In this document: positions 14,890 to 21,664 of the stretch, in pieces
Position numbering within the stretch: the first letter of the stretch is position 1
Layout: the number at the start of each line of letters is the position of its first letter
Assembly (NCBI GenBank): GCA_035301585.1
Contig: DATGUB010000142.1
Location: 1-24,000, forward strand
Direction of reading: 5' to 3'
Length of the DNA stretch: 24,000 bases
Origin: Beutenbergiaceae bacterium
GTDB lineage: Bacteria > Actinomycetota > Actinomycetes > Actinomycetales > Beutenbergiaceae
Notes under the pieces: model-generated
What the model saw: only the letters and a program-made list of their open reading frames with translations
What the model was told of the DNA's origin: nothing
The model's database searches: none
Program-made: the position numbers and the translations under genes

Positions 14890-15606
14890 ATGAGGATCGA
14901 GGCCAATCTCGCTGCCGTCCACCGCCGGATCGACGACGCTGCCCGCCGGGTCGGGCGCGATCCCGGTGGGATCCGGCTCCTACCCGTTTCGAAAACGGTG
15001 CCGGAGGAGCGAATCCGCTCCGCCGTCGCTGCCGGTTGCCTCGACCTGGGGGAGAACAAAGTCCAAGAAGCGAAACGGAAGGCGGAGAACCTCGCCGATC
15101 TGGGTGTTCGGTGGTCGCTCATCGGGCACCTGCAGACGAACAAGGCAAAAGACGTCGCTGCCTTCGCCCACGAATTTCAAGCACTCGACCGTCACCGTGC
15201 CGCTGCCGCCCTGGACCGCCGCTTGCAGTCAGCGAATAAAGAGCTGCGGGTGTACGTGCAAGTGAACACCTCGGGGGAGGAATCTAAGTACGGTCTGCCG
15301 CCCGAGGAAGCCCTGCCGTTCCTGAAAGAACTCCCGGCGTACTCCTCACTCAAGGTGCAGGGGCTGATGACCCTCGCGGTGTTCTCCGCTGATACCGAGC
15401 GAGTGCGCAGGTGCTTCGCGGTGCTGCGACACCTACGTGATGAGGCCCGTGAGGAGGGGCTCGTGGGGCCCGGCGAGCTGTCGATGGGGATGAGCGGCGA
15501 CTTCGAAACTGCGATTGAGGAAGGCGCTACGTGCGTGCGGGTGGGGCAGGCGATTTTCGGGCCGCGGCCGTTACCGGATAGCCACTATTGGCCCGGGAGT
15601 GCCTGA
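14890..15606 (+). CDS. yggS: YggS-family pyridoxal-5'-phosphate homeostasis protein (PLPBP)
   Basis: The 238-aa protein has IRLLPVSKTVPEERI (PLP lysine), LGENKVQE, WSLIGHLQTNKAK, VQVNTSGEESKYG, LSMGMSGDFETAIEEGATCVRVGQAIFG. Confidence 0.9.
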   Translation: MRIEANLAAVHRRIDDAARRVGRDPGGIRLLPVSKTVPEERIRSAVAAGCLDLGENKVQEAKRKAENLADLGVRWSLIGHLQTNKAKDVAAFAHEFQALDRHRAAAALDRRLQSANKELRVYVQVNTSGEESKYGLPPEEALPFLKELPAYSSLKVQGLMTLAVFSADTERVRRCFAVLRHLRDEAREEGLVGPGELSMGMSGDFETAIEEGATCVRVGQAIFGPRPLPDSHYWPGSA

Positions 15607-15633
15607 CTGCCCACTCATCGCCGCGGCGGCCCG

Positions 15634-16089
15634 TCACCGCACATGGGAAAGGAGCAGCCCCACCGGAACGCTGATGAGTAGCACCGTGACGAGCGTGAGG
15701 AACAACCGCCGAGCAGCGACCGGGCCGGCGCCACGGCGGACCCCGGCAACGACGGAGGCGAGCGAGGCGACGAGCAGCCCGCCGCCGACATCCACCAGCC
15801 ACCGCGGGTGGAGCAAGGTGCCGGCGAGTACGAGGGCATTGCCCGCGAACCAGAGAACGAACTCCACCCAGACCCGGACCGGGCGCGGAAACGGGGAGGA
15901 CAGCAAGGCCCGGCCGGCCGCGAGCCCGCCGGTTCCTACACCCGCGACGAGCACGAGGTAGGCTGCCGCCCAACTGGCCGATCGGGTGGCGGCATGCGCG
16001 GTGATCGCTGAGAGTAAACCACCTGCGATGATGCTCACGAGCGCGACCAACAGGGCGGGCCAGACGCGCCGCAGGTATTCCTCACTCAC
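15634..16089 (-). CDS. Hypothetical integral membrane protein (about 4-5 TM)
   Basis: The 151-aa protein is hydrophobic throughout and GC3-rich, with a GTG start and no clear SD. I do not recognise a family. Confidence 0.55.
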   Translation of the reverse strand: MSEEYLRRVWPALLVALVSIIAGGLLSAITAHAATRSASWAAAYLVLVAGVGTGGLAAGRALLSSPFPRPVRVWVEFVLWFAGNALVLAGTLLHPRWLVDVGGGLLVASLASVVAGVRRGAGPVAARRLFLTLVTVLLISVPVGLLLSHVR

Positions 16090-16197
16090 GTTCTTGAGTG
16101 TAACGCGGAAGGCGCGCCCCGCACCGGCGGGCGAATGGGGCGGGCGTGCGGGCGCGGGACCCTATCCAAGGTGGGGAAGTTACGGGATGCTTACCTC

Positions 16198-16638
16198 ATG
16201 AACGTGCGGGCGAACCTCGGCCTCGGGGCGGTGACCGCCGCCGTGGTGGGCGCAGCTGTGGGCGCGGCTATCGTCACGAGCAACCAGCCCGATCCGCACT
16301 TCGACCCAGGCACGCCACAAGGGGTCGTGGAACGGTACGTCGCCGCGCTCGTCGATGGCGAGCCCAGCACCGCCGTCGACCTCCTCGACCCGCGGCTGGG
16401 ATGCGACGTCGAGGACGTTCGCGCCGCGTATTACCCGGGCCGCACGGCGGTGGTCTACCGGCACTCGAGTCTCGAGGGCGGGACCACTCGGGTCACGGTG
16501 CGGATCACCCGGGTCGGTGAGGGCGTGCTCGATGACGTCAGTCACGAGGAGACGTTCGAGTTGAGCCGTCTCGACGGGGAGTGGCATATCACCGGAGAAC
16601 CCTGGCCGGTGTACGTCTGTGGGGAGGGCGCGCAATGA
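16198..16638 (+). CDS. Hypothetical membrane-anchored protein with a small C-terminal alpha+beta domain
   Basis: The internal ATG 16198 gives MNVRANLGLGAVTAAVVGAAVGAAIVTS (N-terminal anchor) followed by VVERYVAALVDGE...EWHITGEPW, which is NTF2/SnoaL-like in flavour. Its stop overlaps the next gene's start (ATGA at 16635-16638). Confidence 0.55.
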   Translation: MNVRANLGLGAVTAAVVGAAVGAAIVTSNQPDPHFDPGTPQGVVERYVAALVDGEPSTAVDLLDPRLGCDVEDVRAAYYPGRTAVVYRHSSLEGGTTRVTVRITRVGEGVLDDVSHEETFELSRLDGEWHITGEPWPVYVCGEGAQ

Positions 16639-18314
16639 TCGTCGCCCTGCTGCTCATCGTGCTCCTCATCGGTGGGGTCGGGCTCATCGTCGCGGGGGCA
16701 CGCCGGACTCGCGACGTGCCTGGTAGCGGCGTGCGCCGCGCCTTCCAATACCCGGTGCTCTACGCGCTCTTCGTTACGGCGGCAACCGGCGTGGAGAGCC
16801 TCCTGAGCATGGCCTTCGGCGCCGACATCCCCTCCCACTGGCAGGAGCACTCCTACGCCCTCGCTCAAGCGCTCACCTACACCTTCCTCGCCCTGCCCCT
16901 CGCGGCCGGACTCGCGTGGTGGACCCGCCGCTCCCATGCGCGTGAACCCCGCGAAGCCGACTCCCTGCTCTATGCGGGATACCTCGGCGCCGCCGCCCTC
17001 ACGGGCTTGGCCCTCGGCGCGGACCGCATGCACGCACTGGTCACGGCGCTCCTCATCGGCGAGGGGATCGACCCCGTCGCCGCGGCGGGAGTCATCGCCT
17101 GGGGCGGGCTGTGGGCCGGGCACTGGCTGGTGCTTTTTCCCTCCCACGCGAAAGCGGTGCACGAGTTGCTCGGCTCCGTGATCGGATTGGCGCTCGGCGC
17201 GGCCGGGCTGTTCATGCTCCTTGCCGAGGCCCTCGAACTGTTCCGCGGCGCGCCGCTGCTTGCCGGAGGCCCGTACCAACTCGTCTCCGCCGCGGGGCTC
17301 CTCGTCGCCGGGGGCGGCGCGTGGCTGCTGTATTGGCCGCGGCGGGCCGCGCGCCTGCCTCGGAGCTCCGCCTGGCACACCTACGTTGTGCTGCTCGGCG
17401 TCGCAGGTGGGCTCGTGCTCGCCCTCGTGGGCGCCGGGGCACTTGTGTGGCGCGGACTCATCCACCTCATCGGTGACCCCGCCGCCGCCGGCACGTGGAC
17501 GGATTGGCCCGCCCACATCGCCGCCGTCGTCACCGGCCTCACCCTCTGGGGATACCACCGCAGCTTCTTGGCACCCGACCCGGCAGGCGACCACGTCGTG
17601 CGAGACGTGTACGGCCACGTCGTGGCGGGGATAGGCCTGGGCGCGGCCGCCGCGGGCGCGGGGATCCTCGTGGTTGCCGCGCTCGAGGCACTGACCCCGG
17701 TGCCGGGAAGCGAAGGAACCTCCCGCAACACGCTCCTCGCCGCGCTCACCCTCCTGCTCATCGGCGCTCCGCTGTGGTGGCTGCATCGGCGCCGGGCGAG
17801 GCGCCCGGGCGGAGACTCACGCGCCCGGCGAGTGTATCTCATCGTGATTCTTGGGATCTGCGGCGTAACGGCACTCATCTCCCTCATCGTCGCCGCCTTC
17901 GACCTGCTCCACGATGCGGTGGGCACCGGACTCACCCTCGGATCGGTGCGCACGGCCAAGAATCCCCTCGGAGCGCTCCTCGCCGCACTCGCCGCGGCAG
18001 GCCTCCATACCCCGGCGCTGCGAAGCGACCTGCGCAGATCCGCGGCCAAACCTCCCGTCCGGCGGCGCTCCATCACGCTGGTCGGCGCGGACGACGCAGG
18101 CCTCGCCCGGCAGGTGCGGGAGGCGACCGGAGCTCACGTCCTTTTCCTCGTCACACACACGGACGCGCCTTGGGATCGGGATGTCGTGCTCGCCGCCGTG
18201 GAGGGTGAGAAGGACTACGTCGTGGTGAATGAAGCCGGGGGATTGCGCACGTACGCCGTCACGTCGGTGCGACCCGACCCGCAAACCCGCGACAACCCCG
18301 GCCCGGGCCAGTAA
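16635..18314 (+). CDS. Hypothetical polytopic membrane protein (559 aa, about 12 TM in repeated two-helix units) with a soluble C-terminal tail
   Basis: ATG 16635 gives MIVALLLIVLLIGGVG... Boundary motifs recur: LAWWTRRS, AWLLYWPRR, LTLWGYHRS and PLWWLHRRR, each followed by an R..(V)Y...-type helix start. The C-terminal portion of about 80 aa is non-hydrophobic (ITLVGADDAGLARQVREATGAHVLFLVTH...). Confidence 0.7.
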   Translation: MIVALLLIVLLIGGVGLIVAGARRTRDVPGSGVRRAFQYPVLYALFVTAATGVESLLSMAFGADIPSHWQEHSYALAQALTYTFLALPLAAGLAWWTRRSHAREPREADSLLYAGYLGAAALTGLALGADRMHALVTALLIGEGIDPVAAAGVIAWGGLWAGHWLVLFPSHAKAVHELLGSVIGLALGAAGLFMLLAEALELFRGAPLLAGGPYQLVSAAGLLVAGGGAWLLYWPRRAARLPRSSAWHTYVVLLGVAGGLVLALVGAGALVWRGLIHLIGDPAAAGTWTDWPAHIAAVVTGLTLWGYHRSFLAPDPAGDHVVRDVYGHVVAGIGLGAAAAGAGILVVAALEALTPVPGSEGTSRNTLLAALTLLLIGAPLWWLHRRRARRPGGDSRARRVYLIVILGICGVTALISLIVAAFDLLHDAVGTGLTLGSVRTAKNPLGALLAALAAAGLHTPALRSDLRRSAAKPPVRRRSITLVGADDAGLARQVREATGAHVLFLVTHTDAPWDRDVVLAAVEGEKDYVVVNEAGGLRTYAVTSVRPDPQTRDNPGPGQ

Positions 18315-18349
18315 ACTCAGGAGCACCACGACCTTCAGGGAGAACAACG

Positions 18350-19963
18350 ATGTTCACGAGCCCATACCCCGACGTCGAAATCCCCAACATTTCGATCTAT
18401 GAATCCCTCTTCGGCACCCTCACGCCCGAGGACCTGGACCGGGTTGCCCTCGTCGATCCCGGTGACGGGGCAGAAACCACCTTCGGGCAGTTGCGGGCCC
18501 AGGTGGATGCGTTCGGCGGGGCCCTCGCCGCCCGCGGGGTCGAGGTCGGAACGGTCCTTGGGGTCCTGTGCCCGAACGTGCCCGCCTTCGCCACCGTGTT
18601 CCACGGCGCCCTGCGGATCGGCGCGACACTCACGACGATCAACTCCCTCTACACCGCGGCGGAGATTGCCACGCAGCTGCGCGACGCCCAGGCGACCTGG
18701 CTCATCACCGTCTCCCCATTGCTGCCGCAGGCCGCCCAAGCGGCGGCAACTGTAGGGATCCCCGATGAGCGTTTGATCGTCCTCGACGGCGCAGCAGGCC
18801 ACCCCGATTTGGGGGAACTGCTCCGCGCCGGTGAACCGGCCCCCGAGGTCGAATTCGATCCGGCCACCCACATCGCGGTGCTGCCCTATTCCTCGGGAAC
18901 CGCCGGGGAACCCAAAGGCGTGATGCTCTCCCACCGCAACCTCGTCGCGAACGTGGAACAATCCCGGGCGATCATCGACGTCACCCCCGAGGACCGGGTG
19001 CTCGCCGTGTTGCCCTTCTTTCACATCTACGGGATGACCGTGCTCCTCAACCTTGCCCTACGCCAACGCGCACGGCTCGTGACGATGCCCCGGTTCGACC
19101 TCGTGGATTTCCTCGAGACCATTCAACGGTTCGAGTGCACGTACATCTTCATCGCCCCACCCATCGCCGTCGCCCTCGCGAAACATCCGATCGTCGACGA
19201 CTACGACATCTCCTCCGTGCGCACGATGCTCTCTGGCGCGGCGCCGTTAGACGGCGAGACGGGTGAGGCCGCCGCCCAGCGGCTGCACGCCCGAATGCTG
19301 CAGGGGTATGGAATGACCGAAATGAGCCCGGTCTCCCACGTCATCCCGCCCGAGTCAACGGACATTCCCGTGAGCTCGATCGGGGTGCTCATCCCCAACC
19401 AGGAAGCCAAACTCATCGACGTTGCTAGCGGAACCGAAATCACCGAAGCCGGACCCGAGGGAGTCTCCGCGCCGGGGGAGTTGTGGGTACGCGGCCCGAA
19501 CATCATGCTCGGCTACCTCGGCCGTGCCCAGGAGACCGGCGAAACGATCGACGCCGACGGGTTCCTGCACACCGGGGACGTCGCCGTCTACCACGCCGGC
19601 GGGTACTTCTCGATCGTCGACCGGGTGAAGGAACTTATCAAATACAAGGGCTACCAAGTCGCCCCGGCGGAACTCGAAGCCATCCTTCTCCTCCATCCCG
19701 ACATCGCCGACGCCGCAGTCATCGGCGTACACGACGAGGATGGGCAGGAGATTCCGAAGGCGTATGTCGTGCGAGCCCCACAAGTGTCCCTTTCCGAAGC
19801 CGAGGTGATCGCCCACGTCGGTGCGCACGTCGCCCCGTACAAGAAGGTCCGAGCGGTGCAGTTCTTGGAACAGATCCCCAAGTCGAGTTCCGGGAAAATC
19901 ATGCGTCGGGAGTTGCGGGCGCTCCCCACCGTGCAGGCGAGCGCTACCAGCGTGGACAACTAA
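18350..19963 (+). CDS. ANL-superfamily acyl-CoA ligase (4-coumarate-CoA ligase / FadD-like)
   Basis: ATG 18350 follows AGGGAGA. AMP-binding motifs: LPYSSGTAGEPKGVMLSHRNL, QGYGMTE, GELWVRGPNIMLGY, TGDV, YKGYQVAPAELE and PKSSSGKIMRREL. Confidence 0.9.
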   Translation: MFTSPYPDVEIPNISIYESLFGTLTPEDLDRVALVDPGDGAETTFGQLRAQVDAFGGALAARGVEVGTVLGVLCPNVPAFATVFHGALRIGATLTTINSLYTAAEIATQLRDAQATWLITVSPLLPQAAQAAATVGIPDERLIVLDGAAGHPDLGELLRAGEPAPEVEFDPATHIAVLPYSSGTAGEPKGVMLSHRNLVANVEQSRAIIDVTPEDRVLAVLPFFHIYGMTVLLNLALRQRARLVTMPRFDLVDFLETIQRFECTYIFIAPPIAVALAKHPIVDDYDISSVRTMLSGAAPLDGETGEAAAQRLHARMLQGYGMTEMSPVSHVIPPESTDIPVSSIGVLIPNQEAKLIDVASGTEITEAGPEGVSAPGELWVRGPNIMLGYLGRAQETGETIDADGFLHTGDVAVYHAGGYFSIVDRVKELIKYKGYQVAPAELEAILLLHPDIADAAVIGVHDEDGQEIPKAYVVRAPQVSLSEAEVIAHVGAHVAPYKKVRAVQFLEQIPKSSSGKIMRRELRALPTVQASATSVDN

Positions 19964-20076
19964 CGCGAAATGTGAGAAAATCCTCACTGGTGTAGGTGAG
20001 CTTGCGGCTCGGGAATAAAACCCGCGGCGCAGGTGTTGAACCGCGTAGCACCGCATGAAAACTGAAGGGATCCTCG

Positions 20077-20604
20077 TTGAATTTCATCAAAGGCCAGATT
20101 GTTGTCCACCCTCACCACGGTCCCGCTACGGTAAAGAAAATTTCCTCCCGCACCCTGCGCGGAGAGAAGAAGCAGTACCTCACGCTCCTGACACACCAGG
20201 ACGAGATGTCGGTTGCCGTGCCCGTAGATCTCGCCGACGAAATGGGTGTGCGTCCCTTGATGGATTCCAAGGGCGTCAAGGAAATCTTCGAGATCCTCAC
20301 CGGCGAGTCCAGTCCCTTCGACAAGGTGTGGTCGCGCCGGTTCAAGGACTACACCGAACGACTCAACTCCGGTGACGTCATCACCACCGCGGGGCTCGTG
20401 CGCGACATCATGCGCCGCAACCACGAGAATCGAGTCTCCTACGGGGAGATGGGCGTGCTGCGTGACGCCGTCGGCCCACTGATCGCCGAGCTCGCCCTCG
20501 CGCTCGACATCGACGAGGAAAAAGCATCCCAGCTCATCGACGAAGCGATCCTGGAAGGAACGATGCCCAAGCTCGGCAAGGGCGGCCTCGTGCTCGCGAG
20601 TTAA
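20077..20604 (+). CDS. carD: CarD-family RNA-polymerase-binding transcriptional regulator
   Basis: The TTG start sits 7 nt after GAAGGGA. MNFIKGQIVVHPHHGPATVKKISSRTLRGEKKQYLTLL... aligns from memory with mycobacterial CarD ([30 protein letters not shown]..). A conserved Trp lies in KVWSRRF at residue 85. Confidence 0.85.
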   Translation: MNFIKGQIVVHPHHGPATVKKISSRTLRGEKKQYLTLLTHQDEMSVAVPVDLADEMGVRPLMDSKGVKEIFEILTGESSPFDKVWSRRFKDYTERLNSGDVITTAGLVRDIMRRNHENRVSYGEMGVLRDAVGPLIAELALALDIDEEKASQLIDEAILEGTMPKLGKGGLVLAS

Positions 20605-20621
20605 ACTCGAGCTCCTTATCA

Positions 20622-20650
20622 ATGGCGGGCCCCGGGCCCGCCATTTTTGT
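20622..20650 (+). terminator. Rho-independent terminator after the carD-like gene
   Basis: ATGGCGGGCCCCGGGCCCGCCAT forms a perfect GC-rich hairpin. A TTTTT tract (20644-20648) follows immediately, 18 nt downstream of the stop codon. Confidence 0.8.
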
Positions 20651-20761
20651 TCCCGAATACTTCCCCGGACCGCGTCTGCCCTGTTCGTTGTATCACTAAA
20701 CGCCGTTTTTGCAGGCGCACGCCAGCTACGAGCGCTTACCGTAGTAGCACGGGCGAAGGGA

Positions 20762-21664
20762 ATGAGCGTGGCGGATTACGGGCACGAGCTGGAGTTCGGC
20801 TCTTTCATCACACCGGCAAATCACGATCCTGCAGGCGTGGTGGCTCTCGCCGAGCACTCCGAGGTCGTCGGCCTTGATCTCGTCACCTTCCAAGACCATC
20901 CCTATCAGCCCTCCTTCCTCGATTCCTGGACCCTGCTGAGCTTCGTCGCGGGACGTACTGAACGGGTGAAGCTCGCCCCGAACGTCCTCAACCTTCCCCT
21001 GCGCAAACCCGGGGTGATCGCCCGCGCCGTCGCGAGCCTCGACCGCCTCTCGCGCGGCCGGGTGGAACTCGGACTCGGCGCGGGCGCGTTCTGGGACGCG
21101 ATGGTCGCCATGGGTGCCGAGCGGCTCACGCCGGGGGAATCGGTCACCGCACTGGGAGAAGCGATAGAGATCATCCGCGGGCTGTGGGACACCGGTAATC
21201 CGGCGCGCCTGGATATCCAGGGCGATCACCACGAGGTGGCCGGAGCGAAACGCGGCCCCGCGCCCGCTCATGACGTGGAGATCTGGTTGGGCGCGTACAA
21301 GCCGCGGATGCTGCGGATGGTCGGGCAGAAGGCGGACGGGTGGTTACCTTCGCTCGGGTATCTGAAGAATATCGAGGAGCTCGCCGCGAGCAACGCCCGG
21401 ATCGACGACGCGGCCTCGGGCGCCGGACGGCAGCCGGGGGACATCCGTCGGCTCCTGAACATCAATGGGCGCTTCACCGAGGCGGAGACCGACGGCCTTC
21501 TCACCGGACCCCCGACGCAGTGGGCCGAACAGATCGCCGACCTCGCGTTGGGCTTCGGCATGAGCACCTTCATCCTAGGGTCCGATGACGCGACGGAACT
21601 CGCCACGTTTGGTCAGGAAGTCGCGCCGGCAGCACGTGAGCTCGTCGCGTCGGAACGAGGGTGA
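20762..21664 (+). CDS. LLM-class (luciferase-like) flavin/F420-dependent oxidoreductase
   Basis: ATG 20762 follows GAAGGGA. The 300-aa protein has LEFGSFITP, LDLVTFQDHP, WTLLSFVAGRTERVKLAPNVLNLPLRKPGVIARAVASLDRLSRGRVELGLGAG and WLGAYKPRMLRMVGQKADGWLPS. Confidence 0.85.
   Translation: MSVADYGHELEFGSFITPANHDPAGVVALAEHSEVVGLDLVTFQDHPYQPSFLDSWTLLSFVAGRTERVKLAPNVLNLPLRKPGVIARAVASLDRLSRGRVELGLGAGAFWDAMVAMGAERLTPGESVTALGEAIEIIRGLWDTGNPARLDIQGDHHEVAGAKRGPAPAHDVEIWLGAYKPRMLRMVGQKADGWLPSLGYLKNIEELAASNARIDDAASGAGRQPGDIRRLLNINGRFTEAETDGLLTGPPTQWAEQIADLALGFGMSTFILGSDDATELATFGQEVAPAARELVASERG

Noticed and set aside
16542-17786. 414-aa minus-strand ORF antisense to the 559-aa membrane protein gene
   Set aside because: It is low-complexity and rich in G/E/R/P/A. 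The sense frame gives coherent TM helices and is translationally coupled to the upstream gene.
19964-20076. Small alternating GTGAG/CTCAC/GTGAG repeats after the acyl-CoA ligase stop
   Set aside because: The stems are only 5 bp with no U-tract, too weak to call a terminator or attenuator.
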